Below are positions 45,673-57,028 of a stretch of DNA of 64,000 bases, piece after piece. The stretch comes from Blastocladiella emersonii ATCC 22665 (Eukaryota > Fungi > Blastocladiomycota): contig JANHCV010000015.1 in the NCBI GenBank assembly GCA_025594325.1, forward strand, positions 868,001-932,000, in the 5' to 3' direction. The translations under genes were made by a program, and so were the position numbers. A model generated the notes under the pieces. That model searched no databases and was not told the origin of the DNA. It saw nothing but the letters and a program-made list of their open reading frames with translations. The first letter of the stretch is position 1. The number at the start of each line of letters is the position of its first letter.

Positions 45673-47915
45673 TCACGCGCGGCGGGGTTGCCGGCGGCGA
45701 GCGGGCGAGGCGCGACGACGACCGGTCGCGACCCGCGCGCCGTCCTCGTCCGACCCACCCTCCTCGTCCGACGACCCGGACGCCGCCGCGATCCCGTCCT
45801 CGCTCGCGCCCTCAGTCTCGCTCGCCTCGACGCTGCCGTCGTACCCGCGCTCCTTGAGCGCGCGGCCACGGAGCGCCGCGACGCCGGCGCCGCTGCGAGA
45901 CGGGCTGCTGCTGCTGCTCGCGGACGGGCGGCGGCGGGCGGGGGATACGGGGCGCGGCGAGACCGGCGCGTCCTCGTCTGCGTCGCTCAGGCCCGACGAC
46001 GAGTACGCATCGGCGGGACTCCGGTGGTCGCCGCCGCGGCTGTCGTCGGCCTCGTCGTCCGAGTCGTCGGCGGCGTCCTCCTCGCCCGCGTGCACGGCGT
46101 GGGCGAAGGTGTCGAGGGCGTCGTCCGTGTCCGAGTCGTCGTCGTAGACGGGATGCGGCGCCGACATGGCAGCGGCCGCGGCGAAGCCGGCGGGGCGGGC
46201 GGGCGGGGCCGCGGCGGGTTTGCGTGTAGAGGGGGCCTTGTTCTTGTGGAACCCGTACGCGACGCCGAAGAGGAAGGGGAACGCGGTCAGAACCGACGCA
46301 ATGACCTTCCAGTACGACAGGTCGATGCCGAACGGCGGGACGAACCCGGTCGGGCGCACCGCCGCCGGCTCGTCGGCGTCGTGGTCGTCGATCTCGAGGT
46401 CCGCGGGCGCGAGCACGTCCGTCGCGGCGGGCTCGGGTGGCGAGGTGACGGGCGAGTCGGGGATGATAGGGGCGGGCAGCGACGACGCGGCGATCTCCGA
46501 GGTCGCAGCCGCGGCCTCAAACGACGACGTGGACAGCGACTTTTCGGCGTCGAGCTGGGCCTCAAAGGCGCGAATGTCGTGGACCGACTCGACAAAGCGG
46601 TTGAGGGTGTTGAAGAGGGCGACGACCTCGTAGCGCGAGAGGACGGGTCTAGCGGGCGAGACCTCGCCCGAGAGGATGCGCGGGTCGGTGCCGAAGAGGA
46701 CTTTGAGTGCGGTGCCGAGGCCGGTGACCTGGGTCTTACCCCACAGGCGGCACTTCTGGCACGAGACGCAGTCCATGATGCGCGACACGTTGCGGAACTT
46801 GGTGCGGACCTCGTCGACGAGGAGCGGGGCGTGCGGGCCCTGGAACAGGGTGGTCTCGTCGAAGCCGCCGACCGTCTTGGCGTGGGCGACGATGTCGGCG
46901 AGCATGGCGCGGACGCGGTCGTCCTCGGCGGGCTTGCCGGTGCACACGTCGACGGCGTCGAGGAGCGGGGCGACCATGGAGACGGCGCGCAGGAGCATCG
47001 AGTGGACAAAGTAGACATTGGCGACGCGCTCGGGGAAGGCGCCGACGCGGGCGGCGTAGCACTGCGGGTGGCGCTCCCAGTTGCCCGAGTCCTTGTTGAG
47101 GTACTGGGAGCAGATGTGGATGGAGATGGAGGCGTGCAGGCCCGAGACGATGCGGTAGAAGACCTGCTTCTCGAGGCACACGTCGAGCGGGGCGGGCGGG
47201 ATCGGGGTGCCGAGCGAGGAGGGGACGCCGAAGCAGTTCTCGTTGTAGATGGCGCTCCAGATGTTGTTGGCCGAGACGCCCGAGTAGCCCGTGAAGCGCT
47301 CGGGGTTGTCGACGAGGTCAATGTACACGCCGTCGGGGCTCTGCTCGTCCTCGAGGACGCAAAAGTCCTTGGCGAACTCGCACTTGGCAAACGACCCACC
47401 GAGCGCGCCGAGGGCACCACCGCCGCCGCCGAGGCCGCCGGCACCGAGACCGCCGCCGAGCCGGCCCGCGCTCCCACCGCCGAGCCCCCTGCCACTGGGC
47501 GCGCCAAAGGTGACGTCGCCGAGGTTGACCTGCTTGTACATGAAGGGTGCCTCGGCGAGGACCTCGCCCTCGTCCATGGTCTCGACGACGCAGTCGCGGT
47601 TCATGCACTTTGCGTTCTCGCGCCAGAAGGGGCAGTCCTTGGTGAGGTCCATCTTGACGTAGCGGAAGTAGGGCGAGCGGACGAGGTCCGAGAGCAGCGG
47701 GAACAGGTGGTCGTTGGTGGCGTCGGCGGCGCGGATGTTGTCCTCCTCGTCGTGCGGCAGGCCGCGGTTGAGCAGGCTCGCCTACGTGCGAGTGGGTGGT
47801 GAGGCGGGGGTTGCGGGGAGGGCTGGTCGCGCGTGTGAGGGCGTACCTCGGCGGCGCGCGGCACGGAGCCCGCGACGGAGAGGGCGAGGATGAGGGCCAG
47901 GAGCAGCAGCCTCAT
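45673..47915 (-). CDS. ERO1: ER oxidoreductin 1 with C-terminal extension
   Basis: Signal peptide; intron 47846-47782; YFRYVKMDLTKDCPFW…C…C, YIDLVDNPERFTGYSG, YRIVSGLHASISIH and FRNVSRIMDCVSCQKCRLWGK (CxxCxxC). Confidence 0.95.
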
Positions 47916-48316
47916 GGTTGGTGGTTGCGGGCAGCTGGCAGATCAGAGAGCAAGAGTAGTAGCGGAGGACGTTGGCGTCGCAGCGTGCGTGGTGTTGATC
48001 CGTTGCAAGTAGTGAGGGGAGGGAGAGAGGAAGCGCAGCGGCCAGCCGACGCGTTCAAGACGATGCGATAGAGTTGGAATGGCGGGGATCGCTGCGGGGG
48101 AGAGGGAGAAGCGGCGAACCAGGGCGCGGCGGGGCGGAAGGGAGGACGGCGCGGCCGACGCGCGCCAGCGTGGCACCGGGCCACATGACCCATGACCGCC
48201 GCGCGCGCTCACCTCGCGAAGGCGACGTGGCGTGGCGCAGCCGCTCCCCTCCTCCCTCAGCAAGCCGGCGTCAAAAAGTGTCCTCGCTAGCGGATGGTAT
48301 ATTCGTTCGTCGGCTC

Positions 48317-50176
48317 TCACGTCTTCGTCTTGGACCCACCCACCGCGCCGTCCTCCTCGCAGTCGCTGATCACCACAATCTCCTTGGACGTCGCGCTCGA
48401 GTCGCGGTCCGACCGCGACCCCGCGCGGCCCAGGGATGGTGGCCGCGGCGCGCCGGGCGCCGGGCTCGCCGACGACGCCGACGTCGGCGCGGGATTGCCG
48501 CCGCCGGCCCCGCCCGCGCTGATGCTGTTCGACGCCACCTGCAGCTTCAGCGGCAACCCTGTGCTCGACGTTGGTGTGGTGCCGTCGCGTGCTGGAGCTG
48601 GAGCTGGAGCTGGAGGAGCCGCGGGCGCTTGCTGGCCGGGCGCGCTCGACGCTGCGGGTGCTGGAGCTGCCGAAATGCCGTCCTTGCGCGCCGGCGCGGC
48701 GGGACCGGTACCCGCTGCAGCGCCTCCACTCTCCGCCGGTGCTGCGGAGACGCCCGGCCGAGAATCGTCGACTCCTGGACCCCGCGGCGCCTGCGCCTGC
48801 TGCTGCTGCGGCGGCGCCTGGGCCTGGTCCTGCGCCTTGCGCGCCTCATCCTCACGCAACGCCATGTTGCGCTTCATGTTGAACTGCTGCGCCGTGGCTA
48901 TCTTCTGCTGCGCCTTGGCTATCTGCTCGCGCCGCCACTCCGCCTTGAGCCGCTCCGACTCTTCTTCGGTTGCCGCCGCCGACGCAATGGATACGCCCGT
49001 GCGGGGAGGAACGATGGCGTTTCCTTGCTGTGCCGCTGCAGACGTGGTGCCCGAGCCGGGGATCGCGACCGACGCAGAAGGAACGGCGGCGGCGGTCGCT
49101 GCGCTAGCGGGAGCGGACGACGGGCCGGGCGCTGGCGGCATCGCCGTGACGACACGAGGAGGTACCGTGGCAGGTCCTGGCGCGGGAGCTGCCGGCACGA
49201 CGGGGGTCGTGGACGAGGCTGGGCCGGCCGGGACCGACCGCGCGACCGTGTTGATCGTTGGCGTCGTGGACGCCGGCTGCGCGCCCGCCACGCCCGCCGC
49301 GCGCTTGTACGAGACCGACACTATGCCGGCTGGCAGGGCCGCCGGGGCTGCTGCTGCGGCGCCGTCGCGCTGCGAGGCCACGACGACGCCCTTGGCCGCG
49401 GCTGCCGCGGCTGCCGCGGCTGCCGCCGTTGCGGCGGCCTCGCTCGCCTTGAACTTGGAGTAGTTCGACGCCGCGAACGCGCCTGCACCATTGCCGCCGC
49501 CGCCGCCGAGCGCGCTCGAGGCGGGCGCCACCGGGGGCGTGCCGTTGGCGCTGAGTGCGGCCGCAACCGCCGCGATGCCGGCCGGGATCGAGGGGTTGGT
49601 CGGGTACGCGGCCGCCGCAGCTGGACCGCTCGCGGTGCCGCCGGGCGCGATGGGCGCATACCGACCCGCAGCAGCCGGGACCGACGGGGCGACCGACGAA
49701 GACTGGTTGACGAGGCGCTGCGTCGCCATGGCCTGCTGCATCTGCTGCTGCATCATCTGCGAGTGGAGCTGGTACGAGTGGTGGTACGGCATCGTCATGC
49801 CCGGGTGCGGCTGCGGTTGCTGGTAGTGGTGCTGCTGCAGGTCCTGCTGTTCGTGGTACATGGCGAGCGAGTTGCGCATCTGCAGCGCCGGGATGTTGTG
49901 CGCCGCGAGACCCTGCTGCGCGTCCGCCTGCTGGTGGAACGCGGCACCCGTGGGCGCTGCAGGGACAGCGGCGTTCCCGCTCGCGGCGGCGTAGCCAAAC
50001 TGCGACGCCCCCGATGAACTCGGCCCAGTCACGGGGCTCACGGCGCCAGCGCCCGCAGACCGCGGAGCAGATGCAGCGGCGGCAGCGGCGACAGCGCGTT
50101 GCTGCTTTTGCGACTGCTGCTGCTGCTGCAACTGCTTGTACGTGAGCTGCTGCTGCTGTTGCTGCTGTTGCTGTTG

Positions 50177-50207
<31 letters not shown>

Positions 50208-51086
50208 TGGAGCTGGGCGGTGGCCGCGGCCGCGGCCGAGTTGGACATTGGTGCGGCGGGCTCGGCCGGCTTGAACCGCTTAGCCTGCCGCGGATCGACG
50301 TCGGTGGCGGACGTAGGGCGGACGAGGCCTGGCGCGGTTCCCGCCGGCGATGCAGCGGCGGCGACGCCGTTTTGCGCGTTCGAGATGGCGTAGATCTGCG
50401 ACTGCGCGAGCGCCTGCGCCTTGGCAATGCTCTCGACCGTCTCCTTGACGCTGAACAGCGCCGTCGTCATCTGAGATTCGTGGGAGAAAGCGGAGTCAGG
50501 GCGCGGGCGGCGACCGAGCGAGACATGTACGGCAAACGTACGCACCATGTACGTCGAGTCGTGGTTCTTGAAGGCTGCGGGGAGGCTCACGACCTGCGAG
50601 TCGCTGAACTTGGACGAGTCGTCGCCGGCAAACGCGCCAAAGACGTACGGCTTGACGGCGGACAGCTTGTAGCAGTAGGTCTCACTAGCGATCACGCCCG
50701 CTCGGTGAGTCCAAATTCGCGCGCGATCAAGCGCCGCAAATCCACGCGTACCCGAGCATCGGATGCTCCGAAGGCGGCGTGTTGTAGTAGTCGCCGAGCC
50801 GGCCCTTGCACTGCTTGCAGTGGAACGACGTGACTCTACGCGCAAAAAACCATGAACGACGCGTTAGCTCGTCCGGGAACACGGAAAAGGCGGACACGCG
50901 GCGGCTCGAGACGCACCGAATCGTCCCGTGGACCCGCTCCTTGGCCAGGATAATGTTGTCGTGCTTCGCAAAGAGCGCAAACGCCTCCTTGTTGGCGGTG
51001 ACGGACCACCACGCCGACGAGTCGCCCACAATCTCGCGGCACTCCTTGCACTGAAAGATGATGGGCGCGTCGAGTTTGGACAGCAT
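48317..51086 (-). CDS. Mis18/Yippee-family zinc-binding domain plus long Q/A/P-rich extension (4 exons)
   Basis: PIIFQCKECREIVGDSSAW…R|VTSFHCKQCKGRLGDYYNTPP…G|ETYCYKLSAVKPYVFG resembles Mis18. Introns at 50916-50836, 50751-50685 and 50545-50471. Confidence 0.75.
50103..50210 (-). repeat. CAG/CAA trinucleotide repeat encoding polyglutamine tracts
   Basis: (ctg/ttg)n runs on the + strand inside the Mis18-like gene. Confidence 0.95.
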
Positions 51087-51522
51087 GGTGATTGATCGGA
51101 GCGAGACTGGCCGAGTCGTCGGGGCGCGGAGCGGTAGAGGGACCACAAATTGGCGAGAATCCGCAAGAAGTCGCTGCGTTGGTTAAATTACGGGCTGCGG
51201 AAGCAGCAGCACCAAGACGCGGGGCCAAGATCCATGAATGACGCCGGAGGGCGCCGACCCGATGCAGTGAGTACTAGCTCATTCTCCGCGCAGCACGGGC
51301 TGATTTGCCAAGCATGAAACCGGCCCAGGCGCCCGCGTGACTGTCACGCGGCGTGGAACGTGACCCCGATCGACGTGGCAGGCCCGCCGCTTCGGTGGCG
51401 CAACGCGCCCGTTCACGCGTCCCGGTGACTCCGAGTTTGGATGATCAGACTCTGTATGAAACAAATATCACTCGGTTCTCCGACTCTCAGACACCATGAT
51501 CTCCACAACCGACAGCGACAAA

Positions 51523-52831
51523 CTACTTGTTCTCGGCGCGCTTGCGCTCCTGGCCGCGGATGTACCCGTCGCGCGCGCCTTCGCGGGCGCCTTCGGCGGC
51601 GTCGGCGGCGCCCTCCTTGACGCCGGCCACCTTCTCGGTGAGCCAGTCGAACATGCCGCCAGCCTGGTTCTTGGCCTCGGCCGACTGGTCGGCGGCCGCG
51701 TCGCGCATGCGGCCGGCGGCGTCGCGCGCCTGGTCGGCCACGTACCCTGCGCGGTCCTGCGCCGCGGCCTGGGCGTCGCGCAGCGCGTCGGCCATGTTCT
51801 CGGTGCCCGACGCCGCCTGGTGCTTGAGCCACCCGGCGCTCTCCTTGGCGCGGCCCGCCGCCTCGGCTGCCGCGTCAGCAGCACCGTACGCCGCGTCCTG
51901 GACCGACCCGGCCGCGTCCTTGATGACACGCGCCGCCGTGCCCGAAGCCGACGCGGCGCCCGAGTCCTTGTGCACGGGCACCTGCTCGGCGCGGTCCTTG
52001 GACGGCTGGTTCAGGCCGAACAGCGAGTCGATGACGGGGATTGTGAAGGACCGCGTGGCCGACTTCTTGGGCAGGTGGATGCGGAGCACGCCCGAGTCGA
52101 GGTTGACCTGGTTGGTGCGTCGGGGAGAGGGCGGGGTTAGTCAGCGCGGGGCTCGACGCGACGCGACACGGGAGCAGCGTACCGAAACCTTCTTGGGGTC
52201 GACATCGTCGTCGACGCTCATCTCGTGCGTGATGCGGCGTTCGACGCAGTACGCGTCGCCGGCCTCGCACTTGCGCGTCGCCTAGACCGCGATCAAGGGC
52301 AGCGCGACGATGAGCCCGAGACTCATCAGCGCGTCCATCACGGTCACGCGAAATCCGTACCTTGACGCGCAGCCGGCGGCCCTGCTCGAGCGTGACGCCG
52401 ATATCGGAGGCGCGCATGCCGGGGGCGTCGACAAAGTAGACGTACTCGGTGTCGGTCTCGCGGATGTGCATGGCGGACCCCTGCTCGGCCCAGTGCAGCA
52501 GCGACGTGGGCATCATACGGCGCATCTCGTCCTGCATGGCCTGCGCCCAGCCCCACGGGTCGAGCGAGCCGTCGTCCGAGTCGCGGTCGCGGCCGCGGCG
52601 TGAGGCGAGGGCAGACGGCTGGCGGCGGCGCGGCGAGCGGACCATGGTGGTGCCCTCGGCAGCGTCGTCGTCGTCGCGCGAGCCCGGCCACAGCCCGGCG
52701 TGCCGCGGGTCCCAGCCGGTGCCCGTCATGAGGTCGGCGAGGCTCGCGGCATCGGCCGGCGCGGGCGACGTCACGGCGAGCGCGAGAAGGGCGAGCGCGG
52801 CGAGGGTGGTGATGAGGGGGAGCTTGGCCAT
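51523..52831 (-). CDS. Signal-peptide small heat-shock (HSP20) protein with C-terminal LEA-like Ala-rich repeats (3 exons)
   Basis: Leader MAKLPLITTLAALALLALAVTSPA; alpha-crystallin domain IRETDTEYVYFVDAPGM…VK|ATRK…VDPKKVS|VNLDSGVLRIHLPKK. Introns at 52360-52282 and 52182-52108. Confidence 0.8.
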
Positions 52832-53262
52832 GGTGGTGGTGGGGCGATTCATGGAGCGAGCGAGCGGGTGATGGGTATGGGTGATGGTGTGCTCGGGTCG
52901 GGTTCAGCAGCGGGAGCGAGGGCAACTCGGGTCGGCAGCGAGCGTGAGGGCGGGCACCGAGGTTGCTCGAGAAGGGGCATGTCGCTGAGACCACGGTGCG
53001 CAGCAGCCGGAGGGCAAGCGTGCGATCGACCGCCACGTCATACGCGTCTCGTGGCGCCGCGAGGGAGCGAGCGAGCGAAAAAAAAAATAACGCGGTGAGC
53101 TGCGCGTCGCGAGTGTCTCGCGCTTTCCCCGTGACCGCGGGGTCCAGATCGCCCGGTGGGCGCGCGTCTCTCACGCCGACGCGCCGACGCGCTTGCTTCG
53201 CCACGGCTTCTGCTCCAACCACCAAGTCCCGCACACGAACCCATGCATCTTCACTCGGCGCA

Positions 53263-54177
53263 ATGAAACCAAAAAACGCACTGCCTGACGGCCGAGCTGC
53301 GGCCACGGCGTCGGCCGAGCTCAACCCGGCCGATCTCGGCGTGCCGACGGCGGGCCCCGTCGCGAAGCGGCTCAAGTCCAAGGTCCCGCCACCCCATGTC
53401 CTCGTTCCGTACCAGGTGTCCGTAAAGCGCGTCGACTCGCGCACTCGGTTGTACCGGTTGGAGGAGCGCAATCGACCGCGGTACCTGCCCAACTGGTCCA
53501 TCTGGCGTGAGGTGCTGCCAGGATACTGCATATTCGCCTTTGTGTTCTTCAGCGTGTACCTTGGACACCACCCGATGCCCTCAATGGCGCTGTGTTCGTA
53601 TTTGGGGGGAGACTTTTTGACGTGGATCGGGGCGATCCTTGTGATTGGCACTGTTGCCGGTCTGGTCAAAATGATTCGGTTCTGGCGCAATTTTATGGTC
53701 GGCTCCGGTACGCTCTGCTCGGGCGGCCATCCCGTCCGGCACCGACCGCGTCCGCCCGACTGACGGTCTGTCCGCGTGTGTAGAGGAGCTCCGCGTGATC
53801 CGCGGCGTCGGGCTGTTCCTCGAGTCGCGCGCGGCGTGGACGGGTTGGCGCGCGACCGAGTTCATCCCCGAGGACATGGTGCGCGAGGCCGTGGTGCACG
53901 AGGTCATGTACCGCGGGCGGTTCCGGTTCCTGCTCGCGCTGGCGCTGAGCCGGCCCGTGCGCCCGATCCGGCTCGTGTTCGGCGAGTACGACCTGAGATA
54001 TCCGCAGATCCAGGCCATGTACCAGGGTACACTCCGTGTCGTCGGTCCACGGTGCGCGTGATGCTCATGGCCATGTGTACGAGTGTAGACCTGCACGACC
54101 ACTGCCCGTGGCTCGTCGGCTGGCAGCCAGCCAACGGCGACGGCGACGACCAAGGACACGCGATGGCGGCCGAGTGA
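53263..54177 (+). CDS. PIGH: GPI-GlcNAc transferase subunit H (PIG-H/Gpi15; 3 exons)
   Basis: Two TM segments, then S|EELRVIRGVGLFLES…TEFIPEDMVREAVVHEV…FLLAL…LVF, matching the PIG-H domain. Introns at 53708-53783 and 54027-54088. Confidence 0.75.
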
Positions 54178-54432
54178 AGCCGCCCGGCCACGACGACGAC
54201 GACGATACCCCCTCATTGCACATGCACTCGCGCTCGCGCCCTCGAATAGGAAACCCATTGCACACTCACACACGGCGACTGAGAACGAATGAGGGCGGCG
54301 ATCCGTATTCAATCATTCGTCCATTAGGTACGTGTACGCGCCGCGCGGGTTGGGGTGGTGGGGGGAGAGATAAGACAAGAGGAGAGAGGGAGGCGAGGAT
54401 CGAGGGATCAGATGGCGGGACCGAGGGCACAT

Positions 54433-54997
54433 TTAGTGGGCCTTGGCCTTGTCGTCCTTCTCGAGCTACGGTGCGAGGGATCGCGCGCGTCAGTGTCGCG
54501 CTCATGCGGCGAGGGCGGAAGCGGAAGCGTACCTCGGCCATGAACTTGGAGACAAAGTCGCCCTCGTCCTTGTCGAGGGTCTTGATCTGCTGGGCAACGG
54601 GGGCCTCGGCCTTGTTGCCGCCGGCGGTGGCGAGCTTGTACAGGCCGACCCAGGCGAGGAGCGAGCCGACGGCAAGCTAGACGGGGGCGAGCGCAGGGCG
54701 GGTGAGCCCAGATCGCGGCTCACAGGGACACGACGCGCGCGTGCGGGCCTGCCTGGCCACTGCTGCCGCCGCTCATGGGCGCGGGTCGACGCGTGGAGCG
54801 AGAGGTTCCCCGCCGTCAAGTCGATTCATGGTGCAACGTCTCCGGATGGACGCGCGGGCGGGCGGGCGGCAGCAGCAGCAGCAGCAGCATGGCGGCAGGC
54901 GGGCAGCGCGGGTCGTCGAAGCGGGCGGCCGACGACATACGTAACGGCTGGGCACCTTGGCGCCGCCAACAATGTAAGTCTGAGGACCGCCGGCCAT
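54433..54997 (-). CDS. ATP19: Mitochondrial ATP synthase subunit k (3 exons)
   Basis: Spliced MAGGPQTYIVGGAKVPSRY|LAVGSLLAWVGLYKL…DKDEGDFVSKFMAE|LEKDDKAKAH*. Introns at 54940-54677 and 54532-54466. Confidence 0.8.
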
Positions 54998-55390
54998 GGT
55001 GAGGAAGAGGTTTCGGGGAGTGGGCGGAGACGCGGGTGGGGAGCTCGTCGGCGTGCGCTGTGCAGTGGGTGCCGTCGCCGTCGACGTTGCGGCGCGCGGG
55101 CAGCGGGAGCGGAGCGGCGATCAATACGGCATTCGGGCGCATCGGCTGAGGTCACGCGGCGTATCCGGATGGCGGCGGCATCGCGATGAGGCGCATGGAC
55201 GCGATGGGCGCGTGACCGCGTGACCGCGGACCGACGCGACCAGGTGGAGCGGCGAGCGATCGTCCCGTCGCGTTTCCGTCGCCGCCCTATCGCTCTCGCT
55301 CCCCGCTCTCCTGCAACTCAACTCAGAGGCACCCGCGCCACCACGCAACGCTACGCTAGACGCATCAGCACCACGCAATACACACACACC

Positions 55391-56134
55391 ATGGCCCAGC
55401 GCGCACTCCGCCTCGTTATCATGGGCGCTCCCGTACGGCGGCTCGTCCGCGCCCGCACGGCCGCCGACCGCGTCCTGACCTCCCCGCCGCCACGATCCGC
55501 GTAGGGCGCCGGCAAGGGCACGCAGTGCACATGGCTGCTGCGCGACTTCCCGTCGATCGCGCAGGTGTCGACGGGCGCGGCGCTGCGCGCGCACATGCGC
55601 AACGGGACCGACGTCGGGCGGCGCGCCGCGGCGCTGGTGCAGGCCGGCCAGCTGGTCGGCGACGACGTGGTCAACGACATTATCCGGTGCGAGGTGGCCG
55701 AGGCCGACCGCGCCAACCGCCACCTGCTGCTCGACGGGTTCCCACGCACCGTGGCCCAGGCGCGCGCGCTCGACGACATGACGCGCGTCGCCGCCGTCGT
55801 CAACCTCGACGTGCCAAGTTCGGTCATCATGGACCGCATCCTCAACCGCTGGGTCCACGCGCCCTCGGGCCGCACCTACCACTCGACCTACTCACCGCCC
55901 AAGGTTGCGGGGATGGACGACGTGACGGGCGAACCGCTCGTCCAGCGGTCAGACGACACGCGCGAGGTGGTCGAGGCCCGCCTCAAGGCCTACGACGCGG
56001 CCACCCGCCCGCTCATCGACCACTACCGCGCCCAGGGCAAGCTGCACTCGTTCCACGGCAATACGTCGCACGAGATCTACCCCGCCCTCAAGTCGCTCAT
56101 CGCCGACCTACTCGCCGGCAAGGTCAAGCACTGA
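55391..56134 (+). CDS. Adenylate kinase, AK3/yeast Adk2 (GTP:AMP phosphotransferase) type
   Basis: P-loop GAP|GAGKGTQ across intron 55433-55504, LLDGFPRT, and LID RWVHAPSGRTY…PPKVAGMDDVTGEPLVQRSDD. Confidence 0.93.
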
Positions 56135-56199
56135 AACCTCCCTCCCCCACACTCCCTCCTCCTGTACAGTAAATATACATTTTGATCCCCTCCCGCCAC

Positions 56200-56739
56200 T
56201 CAAACCAGAGCCGCCAGCTTCGCGGGCACCGGCACCGCGTCCCCTCCCCCATGCGCGCGCGCAAACTTGACCACGGCCGCCGCCGCTGCGCGGAACGCGG
56301 CCATCTGGTCCTCGGTCGGCGCCACGCCCTCGTTCTCGGCGTACGCGCACCCGCCCGGCACGTGGTTCATCCAGGTGCCCGTCATGCTCGCCGCGTCGAT
56401 CCCGCTGCGCGCCTCCGCGCTCACCTCGCGCGCCGCGAACACGCCGCCGTGCCACGCCAGGGCCGCGTCGGCGCTGCCCGCGTCCAGGACCACCGACAGC
56501 GCCAGGTCCGTTGCGTACACGTCGTCGGCGCCCGCCGGGTCCTCGACGGGGAGCCCCGCGAGCTGCCCCGCCACGGCAGCGAACAGCGCCGAGGCCGCGG
56601 AAGCAGGAATGTCGGCGCGGTCGCACACGGCGACGTGCGGCTCGTGCCGCGACCCGCCGGGCGTCTCCACGTGCAGCGTCGCGGGCGACGACGCGTCGGA
56701 CTGCACCACGGCGATGCGAAGGCGGTGCGGCGCCGGCAT
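56200..56739 (-). CDS. Small hypothetical protein
   Basis: High GC3 codon bias. 'LPVEDPAGADDVYATD…WMNHVPGGC…VAPTEDQMAAFRAA' resembles an uncharacterised fungal family (from recall). The start is uncertain. Confidence 0.6.
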   Translation of the reverse strand: MPAPHRLRIAVVQSDASSPATLHVETPGGSRHEPHVAVCDRADIPASAASALFAAVAGQLAGLPVEDPAGADDVYATDLALSVVLDAGSADAALAWHGGVFAAREVSAEARSGIDAASMTGTWMNHVPGGCAYAENEGVAPTEDQMAAFRAAAAAVVKFARAHGGGDAVPVPAKLAALV

Positions 56740-57028
56740 GAAGCCTACGCGTGTGCGGAGGGTGAGTGGGCGGGCAGGACGAGAGCCCCGAGGACAGCGT
56801 ACCGCCGCGCGCGCCGTCGATGAACTGAATGTAGCGTGGCATGACGATTCTGATAATAGAGCGCTGCTCAAGAGCGATGATTCATGGAGAGCTGGGTTGG
56901 GTTGGGGGAGCGAGAGCCGATGGCCTGGCTGATGGCGCGGATTCCTCGCGACTTGGCCGCCGCGGCGCGTTCGTCTGCCGCACGGCCTTCGCTCGCTCTC
57001 CACTCGCCGCGGCGTCCATGTCACTGCC

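Noticed and set aside
45688-47802. 704-aa + strand ORF
   Set aside because: It is the antisense shadow of ERO1; GC3-rich codons remove stops on the opposite strand.
48074-50017. 647-aa + strand ORF
   Set aside because: It is antisense to the low-complexity Mis18-like gene.
56134-56200. Stop-codon readthrough creating cryptic PTS1 signals
   Set aside because: The downstream in-frame extensions checked (AK, SER1, Maf) do not end in an SKL-like tripeptide.
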